From: Cetorhinus maximus
Taxonomy: Eukaryota
Reading direction: 5' to 3'
Assembly (NCBI RefSeq): GCF_964194155.1
Contig: NC_135899.1
Span: forward strand, 3,224,001-3,288,000
Length of the DNA stretch: 64,000 nt
A program made the position numbers and the translations under genes. The notes beneath the pieces were generated by a model that saw only the letters and a program-made list of their open reading frames with translations, was not told the origin of the DNA and did not search any database. Positions 1 through 12,368 of the stretch are shown piece by piece (position 1 is the first letter of the stretch; each line of letters opens with the position of its first letter).

Positions 1-399
1 CGGGATGGTGTGAGAGATGGCTTGAGAGAGAGAGAAAGAGAGAGAGAGTGAACGTGAGACAGTGTGTGTGAGAGAGAGAGACAGTGAGAGAGTCAGAGTG
101 AGAGGAGTGACAGAGAATCACCCAACTGCTGATTCTTCATGCATCGGCTCCAACAGTGAAAGTTGGTTGACCAGGGAAGGCATCACATCCCGGCGCACTC
201 AACAGCAATCCACTCGTGTGTTCTAGTAAACTGTCACACGGTCAGGATCAGGAGAGGAAATTCTGATTATTGATTTCCAAGAAGCTGGTTTAGATTCCAA
301 TTTGGGAATTCTGTTAATTTTATAGTTTAAATATTACTTCCTTCCCTGAAGTGTTGACTCAGTCCCTGACTAAGGATCCACGTGCACTGCCATCCTGAG

Positions 400-780
400 T
401 AGCGTAGTGGTAATGTCATTAGATTAGAATTCCAGAGGCCCAGGTTAATGCTCTGGGGACATAAGTTCAAATCCCAACATGGAATTTGAAATCAAATTAA
501 TAAAAATCTGGAATTGAAAGCTAGTCCAGTAATAGTGACTATGAAACCGTTGTCGATTGTTGTATAGACACATCTGGTTCACTAATGCCCCTTTTGGGAA
601 GGAAATCTGCCGTCCTTACCCGGTCTGGCCTACATGTAACTCCAGGCCCCACACCAATGTGGTTGCCCCTTAACTACTCTCTGAATTGGAGAGTAGCAAG
701 CCACTCAGTTCAAGGGCAATTGTGGATGGGCAATAAATGCTGGCCTTGCCAACAATGCCCACATCCCAAGAAGGAATGAA
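400..780 (+). mobile_element. tRNA-derived SINE family A; other copies at about 5890-6250, 9843-10200, 11745-12130, 27700-28075, 31880-32262, 40226-40470, 41730-43440 (split) and 60320-60590
   Basis: Repeated ~370-bp unit with B-box-like GGTTCAAATCC, core GGTTCACTAATGCCCTTTAGGGAAGGAAATCTGCC and tail GGGATGGGCAATAAATGCTGGCC...CCCACATCCC. Confidence 0.85.
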
Positions 781-2059
781 GCTTTCAATATGTAGGAACC
801 GGCCACAGAAAATTATAAGACCCTATGGGAGGGCTCCAAGAGGAACAGGGAGCTCTCCGACTTGTGTCCAACTTATTACCCTCGAGAAACAGCAACCAAA
901 AGGAAACAGTCTTTGTGACACCAGAGCTGTGCATAAACTGGTTGTCGCGTTTGCCTGCAAAAAACAAGTTATTACTCTTCAAAAGTAGTTCATTGGCTGT
1001 AAAGCCTTTGGGGATGTCCATAAATGCAAGCTCTTCCCATTTTCCCCTGTACTCCCAGTACCCATTCTACCTCAATGCAGCAGCCCCAAAGCACTTTGTA
1101 GTCAGTGAGGTATTTTTTGAAATAAAAGGACACAGCAATGAAATATTAACTCTGCTTCTCTCTCCCCAGATGCTGCCTGATCTGCTGAGTTTTTCCAGCA
1201 TTTTCTGTTATTCTCTCTCCCACCACCCCCACAATGGTAACACCTCGGCCACAGTCAACCTGCCAACCAATAAAAGAAGCAAAAGTGATACGAGAGAAAA
1301 AGCTTTTCTCGCAGGGTCTGGAATGCCTAAAAGTGTGCTGGAGGCAGATTCCAATGAAACAGTCAAAAGGGAATGAGACTGTTATCTGAAAAGGAAGAAT
1401 GTGCAGGGTTGAGAGGAGAAGGTGGGAGAACGGTACTGGGGGAATTGCTCATTCGGAGAGCGGGTGGCAACACCATTGGCCAAATGGCCTCTTTCCGCGC
1501 TGTAACAATTCTGAGGTTCTGATTCAGTCAGCACCCTTTTCTCCTGCGGTATAAATTGTTGTGATTGTTTGAAATTTGGTATTCTTGCATTTGTCCTGAT
1601 GAGTGCAAGTTGAAAAGGTTGGGCAACCTGTCTCTCTTAGCAATATTTTCTGTTTTCTATATTTCAGCACTCACAGTATTCTGCTTTTGTGTCAAGGTAC
1701 TTCTTGATGTGTAGTCACTCTTGCAATCTTGGAAAACACAGCAGCCAAGTTACACACAGCAAAGTGCCACAGACAGAAATGAGATAAATAGGCAGTTAAT
1801 TTGTTTTGGTGACATTGAGGTATAAATATTGACTAGGACACCAGGGAGAATTCCCCTGATCCTCTCCACGGGAGCTTTCACCTCCACCTGACAAGGCCGA
1901 GGCTTACTATCTCATTCCAAAAGATGACACTTCAAAAGATGCAGCACAGCACTCACCCCTCTGGCAGGGCAACGTTCCCTCGGTAATGGACTGGAATATC
2001 AACTGCAGGGATTAGACATGCACAACAACTAGAAAAGAAAAATCTCAGAAAGCACTGAC

Positions 2060-2152
2060 CGTCTGGTGCGTAATCCCCCGCTGTCTCATCCTGGGTGTCT
2101 GAAACTGCCAGTATGAAGCACTGAGTTGGCTGCAGAGCATATGATTCAGTAT
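2060..2152 (-). CDS. MDC1: MDC1 coding exon 5 with TQxF motif; gene continues left of the window
   Basis: tgcag acceptor, G|GTCAGT donor, 93 nt, phase 1-1; DTESYALQPTQCFILAVSDTQ contains TQCF (RNF8-FHA docking type). Confidence 0.8.
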
Positions 2153-3248
2153 CTGCATTCAGATATAAAGCATCACTCTCGTTAAGTCAATCAATCACTG
2201 AGATCCAACGTTGACAGATGAATCACTTGCATAGAATTTACAGAACAGATCAGACCTTTCGGCCCATCGATTCACACTCCACACGAGTCTCCTTCCACCC
2301 TATCCATCTCACCCCATCAGCATATTCTCTACCCTTTTCTCCCTCGTGTGAGTATCTAGCTTCCTCTTAAATGCATCTGTGCTACTGGCTTCAAGCACTC
2401 CATTTAAAACAAGTTCCACATTCTCACCATTTTCTGGGTAAAGGAGTTTTTCCTGAATTCCTTACTGGATTTATTCGTGATAGGGTTTAAAATACGCAGC
2501 AGCTTAAAATGGCTTGGACATAATTCACTCATATGCAAGCTTGGAGTAGCAAGACCCTGGCCCATGACTGAAATTCTCCGCACAGCCCATTCTCAACCTC
2601 AGTCGGGATGGTGTGGCACATTTGGGGATGGAAGGGGAAGGTCAGTTCTAATGTCCCATCTCTTTACTGGCAGTTACAGCAGTTCTGCAAGCAGATTACT
2701 CATGTTGCATTCATGAACCATGATTCAAGTTAGCTAAGAAACCTCCTCTCCCTCCCTCTGTGGAGGGGCAGGAGGGCACCGAGGTTATTTTAGTTTCTGC
2801 CTTGCTCCTGTTTTCAATGTCGCAATGCTTCTTTTCTGCCCTGCAGTGAAAAAAAAATCAGCTGATGTCAGTTTAGTGAGCGTTGGATCCCACTGATCAG
2901 TACTCGTGGTGGTGGTGGTTGGTGCAAGGGAGGTGGTGGGGGGTGCTGTGGGAGGAAGGAGGGCCTGGCCTGAGTTTAGATTATCTGTTCCTCATCCCTA
3001 CTCTCGACTGACACTCAATTTTGCACGCCGAGTTTACTGGACAACAATCAGGACCAGGAATCCAGGCCAACTTGCCACCTCTCAAACTTCAGAAAGTTTG
3101 TTGGGCTCAATCTAAACTGGAGCAACAAAGTCAGCTCAAAGGATCAAACCAGGGACCTCTGGACCTCATTCCATAGAGTGCCCATTCAGCGAAGCACTGG
3201 GTGCTTTGTAAAGCCCCCAGTGGTAATAAGAACCCTTAATAAACTCAC

Positions 3249-3892
3249 CATCATCAATGTCTGTGTCACTGTTCATCTCCAGAAGCTCCGTCTCATTAAC
3301 GTTGCCTGCTGTCTCTCTGGTTTCTCCTTCCAATGCTGCATTGCTGTCTGCGCCATCATCAGCTTTACTGCTTTCTTCCTCCTTGCCTGGACGGATTAAG
3401 CTCCTGGCGCGAGCCTCGGTGTCAGCCTCTTGGACATCAGCACCTTTGGCGAGACCAGAATCCGTTTCGGTGCACACTGTGAGACCGCCGCTATTTAACC
3501 CCGAGTCTTGCTCCTCCAGCTCCACTTCACTGTCACTGTCCCGACTGAAATGGGGCAGGAGGTCAGCAGCAGCAGGTGGTGGGACACCAGGCTCCTGGGA
3601 GGAGATCCTTCCTGGGTCACAGTCGAGTGCCTCCCCTGGACTGACTGTTTCTTTAGCGGTGTTTGAATGGTTGGCGGTTGCGCCACCAGTCGCCAGCAGC
3701 GAGTTACAACCTTGATGCTCTTCAGCAGCTCCTGTTTCGGAATTCACACAGTTGTCATCGACTGGGCGCTTGGGATTGAGTTCTGCCCATTTTTCACCAG
3801 GCTGCTGATCTTCTTCCAAGTCAGTGTCACTGTCATTATGCAGCTGCACCGATTGAGCATTGGAACGAGATGTTTCATCCCCTTCATCATCA
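3249..3892 (-). CDS. MDC1: MDC1 coding exon 4, acidic SDT region
   Basis: tcttctag acceptor, G|GTGAG donor, 644 nt open frame; contains DSDTDLEE, SDSEVELEE and NSDTDIDD (CK2/NBS1-type SDTD motifs). Confidence 0.88.
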
Positions 3893-4374
3893 CTAGAAGA
3901 AGGAAGTTGTTAGAAAATGTTTCCAACCACCCTAGATTATGGAATCTTACAGCACAGAACGCCATTCAGCCCATCCTGCCCATGCCAGCTCTTTGAAAGA
4001 GTATGTAATTAATTGCACACTCCTCCTCATCTTTCCCCACATCCTGCCACCTTTTTCCTCTTTCAAGTCGATATCTAATCCCCACATGAAAGTGAGACTT
4101 GAATCTTCTTCCACCACCCTTTCAGGCAATTTACATAAAAAAATTCTCATCTCCCCTTTTGGTTCTTGTGCCAATTACCTTAGATCTCTGTCCTCTGGAT
4201 ACTGACCCACCTGCCACTGGGAAAAGTTTCTCATTATTTGCTTTATCAAATTTTAAACACTGCTATTAAATAGCCACTTAACTTCCTCTGCTCTAAGGAG
4301 AAGAAATAGTTTGTCCAGTCTCTCCACAAAACTAAAGTCCTCATCGCTAGTACCAGTCTAGCAAATCCCCCCAT

Positions 4375-4830
4375 ATGAACATACGAATTAGGGGCAGGAG
4401 TAGGCACTCGGCCCCTCAAGCCTGCTCCGCCATTCAGTAAGGTCATGGCTGATCTGCTTGTAACTCCAACTCCGCATTCCTGCCTACCCCTGATAACCTT
4501 TAACCCCCCACCCCTTGTCAATCAAGACTCTATCTAGCTCTGCCTTAAAAATATTCAGACTGTGCTTCCACTGCCTTTTGAGGAAGAGAGTTCCAAAGAC
4601 TCACGGCCCTCTGGGAGGAAACATTTTTCCTCATCTCTGTCTTAAATGTGCGAACCCTTATTTCTAAACAATGACCCCTAGTTCTAGATTCTCCCACAAA
4701 AGGAAACATCCTCTCCGCATCCACCCTGTCAGGACCCCTCAGGATCATAAAGGTTTCAATCAAGTCGCCTCTTACCCATCTAAACTCCAGTGGATACAAG
4801 CCTATCCTGTCCAACCTTTCCTCATGAGAA
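4375..4830 (-). mobile_element. CR1-type LINE 3' fragment
   Basis: Translation LGLYPLEFRWVRGDLIETF...RTRGH...WNSLP is the typical CR1 ORF2 C-terminus, followed by the CR1 tail. Confidence 0.85.
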
Positions 4831-6740
4831 AACCGGCCAGTAACTTCTTCAAGGCCTTGTCATTCCCCCCCACTGAAATATGGCATCCAGGATTGATTAC
4901 AATTCTACAACTGAGGTTTAAACAGTGTTTTGTAAAAGATTAGCATAACCGATGGCGGAGCAAATTCACACATCCACCATCCACATTTTAGGGCCCAAGT
5001 CGCAGACACAAACTCAACTCAGTTCCTTCTCAATGCAACCCCAGCCTGCTCACCTGCTGCCGCTAACGGCAAGATTCCTGGTTGCTGCATACTGTGGGTC
5101 GGATGGGCATTCCCGCTCACCATGCTCAGTAGCTGCAATCACCTCAGGTCGCAGCAGGAGTGGCTTTTGAGTGGATTGAAAGGGAGGAAGCAGCCAAAGG
5201 GCAGTTCTTTAGAAGGGAACATGAGAGAAGCTGAGAGCTTGTGCCCAGGGGTGGGAAGTAACAGTCCAGTTAGACTGTCAAAAATCCCAATGCTGCTTCA
5301 GTACCATTTCATTAAGATTTAAAATCCACCAATTGTGAAGTATCAATGTGTTACAAGTAACCAGAATATGCCAGTTCGCTGCTTTACAAATGTAACAACA
5401 TATGAGTTTTCCCCCTTCAGGTTTTTCATATACTTATGGACTCTGATGTAGCCTCCCACTGCCCTGTAATATTCCATTTCAACAAAACTGTAGTATTCCA
5501 GTAATGCAGTTGGGAACCATACTGTATCGTACCTGTCACAATATAGTGGATCTGTTGTAACCATTACTCCTGGACAGCAGTGTCATTTCTGCCACTTTAG
5601 CAGTGCCATGGCCAGTTACAGTACAAAAATAATCAACTTAATGTGACACTATTTAAAAATCACACACTTAATCCAAACATTGCAAACAGACTATGGTTAC
5701 AATAGCATTCAGGAAATGTCTAGTGTTTACTCCCATGATTAAGAGTCTTGAAACACACTTCAGCTCAAAGTTACTCAGCTTGAACCAGGGTGTAGAAATA
5801 ATTACACGGAATTATGTAACATTTACTGCACAAAATCAGGCCATTCAGTCCAACAGGTCTGTGCTAGTGTTTATGCCAGCGGGATGTTTGGGGAGGCAGT
5901 GGTATAGTGGTAATGACTCTGGACTAGTGATCCAGAGGCCCAGGATAATACTCTGTGGATGCAGGTTCAAATCTCACCATGACAGCTGGATTCAAATTCA
6001 ATGAATAGAATCTGGTGACCATGAAACTATCATCGATCGTTGGAAAAAAAACCCTTCTGGTTCACCAATGTCCTTTAGGGAAGGAAATCAGCTGTCCTTA
6101 CCTGGTCTGGCCTACATGTGACTCCAGACCCACAGCAATGTGGTTGACTCTTAACTGCCTTCTGAAATGGCCTAGCAAGCCACTCAGTTTAAGCGCAATT
6201 AGGGATGGGCAACAAATGCTGGCCTTGGCCTTGCCATGGATGAAGAAAGAGAAAGAAATTGCCCCACACTAGCTTCATCACACTCTACTTACTTCACCTC
6301 ACCCCATTAACATATCTTTTTATACCTCTCTCCTGTCTTTCAAGTGGATGCGAGAGATGCCAAGGCACTGTTCAAAGAACAGGTGAGTTCTCCAAGTGGC
6401 CTGGTCAATATTTATTCCTTAACCAATATAGTATTACTAAAAAAAAATCTGATCACTTATCCCACCACTGTTTGTGGGAACTTGCTGTGCATAAACTGGC
6501 TGCTGAGTTTCCTACATTACAACAGTGACAACACTTCAAAAAGTACTTCATTGGCTGTAAAGCACTTTGAGACAACCTGGCATCATGAAGGACGCTACAT
6601 AAATACAGGCTGCCCCTTTCTTTATTTATTAAGTTTCCAATTAAATGCCCCTACAACTCCTCTTTCCAATCCAAACCCCATTCCCACACAAAACAACCAC
6701 AGAATGTTATATATCCGTCCTGGACATTGAGGAATCTTAC

Positions 6741-6819
6741 CTTTCGGGGACAACATGAGCTGAGGGAGTTTGGCGTATCGAAGCGTTCAGGTGTCGGCCG
6801 TGTCGGGAAACAAAGGGTC
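6741..6819 (-). CDS. MDC1: MDC1 coding exon 3 (GPFVSRHGRHLNASIRQTPSAHVVPES)
   Basis: ttgtatttccag acceptor and AG|GTAAG donor; 79 nt bridges phase 1 to phase 2; joins the next exon to give VVPESDDE, like human IVPESDEE. Confidence 0.82.
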
Positions 6820-8399
6820 CTGGAAATACAAAATGGAAGGCAACTGCTCATGACCACGTTTCAGCCATCTCATCATAAATGTCCAAGGGCTGAAGATTTA
6901 CTGTGCTCAGGGCATAACAAAACTAAGCAGGTGATCTCTATATTTACTTTTATGGTGGTGCTCAAGAAACAGGAAACCAAGTTCCTTTCGGTGCCTGCCA
7001 AGAAAGAAAAGCAAGTGTATCGCTGTAGCAATGAGAGGAATGGCCAGAAAATTTGTTTTCAAGTCATGTTGAACGAGGGGTAAATATTAACCAGGAGAGG
7101 GGAGAACTCCTCTGCTCATCTTTGAAAACACAGTGGCGGTGCGATCTCTTACGTCCACCCAGGGTGACAGAGGCAGCCTCTGTTTAGGGTCTGAAATGAC
7201 GGCACCTCCGACAGGTGGTGTAGCTCTCCCTCAGGACTGCACTGGGAGCGTAAGCCTGCACTTTGTACTCAAGACTCTGGAGTGAGACTTTGCCCCACCA
7301 CCTTTCTGACTCAGAGGCGAGAGAGTGCCACCCACTGGGTCACTCCTGACAAAAACATTGTGATCTGCAGTGCTCAGACATGCATCATCTGTAAGCCCAC
7401 CAATAGGTAGTGCTGAGAGGCTGAGTAAATTGGCCTACACTCTCTGGAGTTTAGAAGAATGAGAGGTGATCTCAAGATGAGCATAGAAGGTTCAGAAGGT
7501 ATTTGACAGGGTCAGTACTGAGAAGCTGTTTCCACTGGCTGGAGAGTCTAAAATTGGGGTCACTGTCTCAGAATAAGAGTTGCTCATTTAGGACTAAGAT
7601 GAGGAGAAATTTCTTCCCTCAGATGGTTGAGAGTCTTTGGAATACTCTACCCCAGAGCGTGCCTAAGATCATAAAAATAAATAGGAGCAGGAATAGGTAA
7701 TTCGGTCCATCGAGCCTGCTCCATCATTCAATAAGATCAGGGCTGCTCTGATTATGTCCTTAACTCCACTTTCTTGCCTGTCCACCATAACCCTTGACTC
7801 CCTTATCAATCAATCAAAAATCTGTTTAACTCAGCTTTGAATTTTGGATGCTCCATTAATGAGTACATTCAAGGTTGGGATAGACAGATTCTTGGTCCCT
7901 CAGGGAATCAAGAAACATTGGGGTAAGGTGGGAGAGCAGAAGATCAGCCAAGTTCACACCGATTGGGGGGACAGACTCGATGGGCCGTATGGTCAACTCC
8001 TTCTCCTATTTCTTATATTCTTATTTTGTTGCAGCCGACTCTTAACCGGCCAAGCAAGTCAATCAGTTCAAGGGCAATTAGGGATGGGCAACAAATGTTG
8101 CCTTTGCCAGCGACGCCCACGTCCCATGAAAAAACAGGGAACAAAAACGTTAGGAGCTGGGGAGTTCTTTCTGGTGTCCTGAGCCAACAGTTATCTCTCA
8201 ACAAACATCACTAAAAAAAAAAACTTTATCCAGTCACATCTCAGTTGCTATGTACCAAATTAGCTGTCATCTGTACTACATTATAGCAGCAGCTACACTT
8301 CACTGTTGACTGTAAAGTGCTTTGGGACATCCTGAGGTGGTGAAAGGCACTATATAAATGCAAATTTTCCTTTCTTATTATGAGAAAGGCAAAAGATAT

Positions 8400-9701
8400 T
8401 GTTATGGACCCCAGAAGAAGAAAAATTTACCTTTAAAAATGGAATTCAGGCCTCAGAGACTGGGAACTACAAGTCCCAGCAGGCCTCAGCAGCCTCTGCG
8501 CAGGCACCACCCCTGGAAAAAACGCAAACGTGCAGATGGTTCCTTTTTGCAATCTTCGGCCGGAGAACGGGCACAATGCGCAGTTGGGGCACCTTCTTGT
8601 CTTCAGGTCACAAACCAACCCTGCACACGTTTGTTTTTGCTTTTGTTAGATTTAAAGGGAGCCCTGCGCCTGCACAGAAGGGCAAAAGTGAACCCCAAAA
8701 GTGAAACAGCGCAAAAAGGGAGTCAGATGACTCAGAAGAAAAATGCCATTACACAGAGAGGCACAGGAGAAGCTGGACACGAGAGTGGGAGCTGCAGAGA
8801 GCAGATTTCTCAGAAGAAAAGCGGAAAGTCCCAGAAACTAGGGAGAGAGAGAGAGACAGAAGGAAGTCCCAGGGAGACAGCAAAGTCAAAGGAAAAGAAC
8901 AGGAATCTGAAGTGGTCCTGTTCAGTGGAATTGAAAGTAAGAAGCAGAGGAAAAGGCTCCGAATTAAAGAGAGAACGCTGCAGGGAGCAAAGTGTGCTTG
9001 CGAGAAGCCAGAGGATTTGAGGAGACAGCCAAAGGTCGGTGGCTCCTTACTACGTGAGGCAGTGGTGTTCTGTTGGCATGGCTGCATATCTGAGAGAGAG
9101 TGCATGGAAGGTGAAGCTTGAATGCACATGGTGATCCAGGGGAGAGGAACATCGGAAGGAGAGATCAAAACTCTGGAGGTGGACCCTTGTGGAAGGCATC
9201 CGAGAGAGGGTGTCGTTTGGGAGAAAATTCCAAAGTGAGTTCTTTGAGAGTGGAGATTGGAAACTTCTGTGTGAAAGATGGAGTTCAGTGAGACCAGTTG
9301 GCTCATAGTGCAACAAGCGTCTGGGGGGAGTTGATCAGAGACCCTTTGCATGTTTGGGGTGGCGTTTCTCACTTGGTTTCAGAGTATGGTGTGCTGACCA
9401 CAGGTTTATATGAACTGTGCGCTTACTGTGAATATTAGAATAAGATAACTTTTATAACTTGTGTTATCCTTACGAATCTGTGTATATCTGTAAAGGTGTA
9501 GTTGTGGGTGAAGGAGCATCGTAATATAGTTAATCTTTTCTTGTTTAATAACTGTTTTATTCTTTTGTTAAAAGTTCGTCAGCTGATTCCTGTAGCCACC
9601 CGCCACGTTTCTGAACAAAAAGTAAAAGTTAGGGTCTATCAAGCCGGGTTCCACCCTGGGATCTGACTTGTCCAGCAGTAACATCAGCTGAGATCATAAC
9701 A
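8400..9701. mobile_element. Solo LTR, Gypsy-like, in an MDC1 intron
   Basis: Ends TGTTATG...CATAACA (7-bp inverted termini) flanked by a 4-bp target-site duplication ATAT (8396-8399 and 9702-9705); no internal coding region. Confidence 0.8.
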
Positions 9702-10214
9702 ATATGTTGCCTCAACATCGTCAGGAGATGCAATAAAAATAAAGGTGACATCAAATAAGAGGAAAAGTGGTTATTAAAAAAATCTATTATATTTAAAGAG
9801 TGAGAAGAGAATGCAGGAAACTTAAATAGATTGCCATCTCAGGGGGAGATGGTGGCAATGTGGTAATGTCACTGGACTAGTAATTCAGAGTCCCAAGTTC
9901 AAATCCCATCATGGCAACTCATTTAATTAATTATTCAATTAATAAATCTGGAATTGGGGGCTAGTCTCAGTAATGGTGGCCATGAAACTATAATCGATTG
10001 TTGTAAAAACCCACCTGGTTCACTAATGCCCTTTAGGGAAGGAAATCTGCCATCCTTACCCAGTCTGGCCTACATGTGACTCTAGACCCACAGCAATGTG
10101 GCTGACACTTAACTGCCCTCAGTTCAAGGGCAATTAGGGATGGGCAACAAATGCTGACTTTGCCAGCAGCTCCCACATCTCATGAAAGCATAAAGGAAAT
10201 AAAAGTCTGCCTAC

Positions 10215-10745
10215 CAGTGCCCTTCCATGGTGTGTCGTCATCCTCAGACTCTTTCACGTAGGTGTCAGACTGAAAGGGCATCGACGATTTGGTTTGGTAC
10301 GGTTGGGTGGGCGACAGCACAAGCGAATCCTCCGGCGATTCCAAATCGCCACTGGTTGCCTTGGAGATTAGATCTTCACTGGCGACACCGCCACTGTCCG
10401 GCCGCTCACCCCCCGTGCCCAGCCTTGACTGGGGAAACATGGACTCTGAGCCAGTTTCTGAACCAGAGTCATCGTCTTTGGCTGGCGCTGGTGGCAGCAG
10501 TCTATACTGGCAGGCGACATCTGCGAAAATAAAGAGGTCGCCGTCGTTGATGGCGTATCGGACATTGGGCTTGAGGATGGTGTTCTTCCGCCGGGTCTTG
10601 TTCAGGCTGTTGCAGTCATGGATCAGGTGGGAATCCCCCTCGATTTCAATCACCGCATGCTTCTTGGACACAGACTGCACCGGAATGTGAATGTGGCAAC
10701 TCTCGTGTCTGCCGATGACATTTTCACCTGTGTACACCAAAAAAC
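10215..10745 (-). CDS. MDC1: MDC1 coding exon 2, FHA domain
   Basis: ttgcag|G acceptor, G|GTAGG donor, 531 nt, phase 1-1; translation GENVIGRHESC...SVSKKHAVIEI...DCNSLNKT...FADVACQY carries the FHA GR, SxxH and N motifs as in MDC1. Confidence 0.93.
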
Positions 10746-10929
10746 CTGCAATAGCAAAGGAAACAAATGAAACAGTGATTTTTTTTTTAAAAAATTGGGA
10801 ATCCACATACACGCTTAAGCGCCCTCCCTGATTCACTATTATTTCTCTACCCTGGACACACTGGGGTATGGTTCCACAAGCCACAGCAGCCCTCCAGTTA
10901 CTCACCCACCCAGTCAATCCTTGTACATG

Positions 10930-11660
10930 CTATGGCCCAGTGGGTAACACTCTCGCATCAGAGTCAGAAGGTCATGACTTCAAGTCCTGCATCAGAAAGT
11001 TGAGCACAAAATCCAGCCTGACACTCCCAATACACAACTGAGGGAGTACTACCCTGCCAGGGATGCCAAATTCCAGATAAGACAATAAGCCAATAAGCCA
11101 AGGGCCGATCTGTTTCCTCAATTAGACAGAAAAGATCTCATGGCACTATTTCGAAGGAGAGCAGGGGAGTGATCCCCAGTGTCCTGGCCAATATTTATCT
11201 CTCAATCTACATCACAAAAACAGATTAGCTGGTCATTGTCACAGTGCTGTTTGTGGGAGCTTGCTGTGTACAAACTGACTGCCACATCTCCTACATGACA
11301 GCAGTGACTACACCTCAAAAGTACTTCATTGGCTGCAAAGTGCTCTGAGACATTTTGAGGAATGATTGTTCTTCTGAAACCAACTGCCTTGAGAGGTGAG
11401 CAACAGGGCAGTGACTGTTCCTGATTCTTTTCCCTCCTTTTTGGGAAGAATTGGCTTTCATCTCCCTGTAGCAGGCACAATGAGATTGGCAAGTAGCTAC
11501 CAGTACCCCAGGATTAAAACTGGTTACAGCTTGTATCTCACATTCCTATTTACCATTTCTGGATGAAAAGCCTGGATATGGAGTGAGGACAGTTTTTTTA
11601 AAAAATTCTTTCGTGGGATGTGGGCGTTGTGAAAGATGCTGTTTAAATGCAAGTCTATCT
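10930..11660 (+). mobile_element. Deu-domain SINE (SacSINE1/AmnSINE1-like), interrupted at 11360-11625; other copies at about 900-1030, 1690-1990(-), 6360-6610, 7030-7350(-), 44300-44530(-), 52140-52520(-), 63530-63920
   Basis: tRNA-like head plus recurring core GATCCCATGGCACTATTTCGAAG...GTCCTGGCCAATATTTATC and tail CATTGGCTGTAAAG...ATAAATGCAAG; family name recalled, not searched. Confidence 0.65.
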
Positions 11661-12368
11661 TTCTTTCTAAACAAGCCTCCGCATTCCTCAAAAAAAAAGC
11701 TTTTTATATATTATGACCATGGGAACATAGCTCAATCTAAGGTAGATAGTGGCATAGTGATAATGTCACTGGACTAGTAATCCAGAGGCCCAGGTTAATG
11801 CTCTGGGGACAGGGGTTCAAATCCCACACACCAGCTGGTGGAATTTAAATTCAATTAATAAAATCTGAAATTGAAAGCTAGTCTCAGTAACAGTGACCAT
11901 GAAACTATCATCGATAGTCGTAAAAACCCATCTGGTTCACTAATGCCCTTTAGGGAAGGAAATCTACCCTCCCTACCCGGTCTGGCCTACATGTGCTTCC
12001 AGATCCACAGCAACATGGTTGATTCTTAACTATCCTCTGAAATTGCCTAGCAAGCCACTCAGTTCAAGGGCAATTATGGATGGGCAACAACTGCTGGCCT
12101 TGTCAGAGATGCCCACATCCCATGAAAGAATGTCTTTAAAATTCTATCCTCGCTCCATATCCAGGCTTTTCATCCAGAAATGGTAAATAAGGATGTGAAG
12201 TACAAGCTGTAACCAGTTTTAATCCTGGGGTTCTGTAGCTACTTGCCAATCTCACTGTGCCTGCTACAGGGAGATGAAAGTCAAATCCTCCCAAAAAGGA
12301 GGAAAAATAATTAGCAACAGTTGCCCCTCTGTCACCTCTCAAAGCATTTGGTTTTAGTACAATCATTC
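11360..12368. repeat. Inverted duplication, arms 11360-11625 and 12111-12368
   Basis: Long reverse-complement matches, e.g. GGATGAAAAGCCTGGATATGGAG versus CTCCATATCCAGGCTTTTCATCC. Confidence 0.9.

Noticed and set aside
3257-3715. Plus-strand ORFs over MDC1, FAM111-like and TUBB exons
   Set aside because: Antisense shadows of real coding exons
6820-6994. Longer MDC1 exon 3 using the acceptor at 6995
   Set aside because: An in-frame TGA follows; the 6819 start gives an open, homologous frame
8358-9372. ORFs of 220 and 207 aa
   Set aside because: They lie in the purine-rich solo LTR and have no recognisable domain
11745-11830. tRNA genes suggested by GGTTCAAATCC motifs
   Set aside because: These are SINE heads continuing into the SINE body; no full cloverleaf seen
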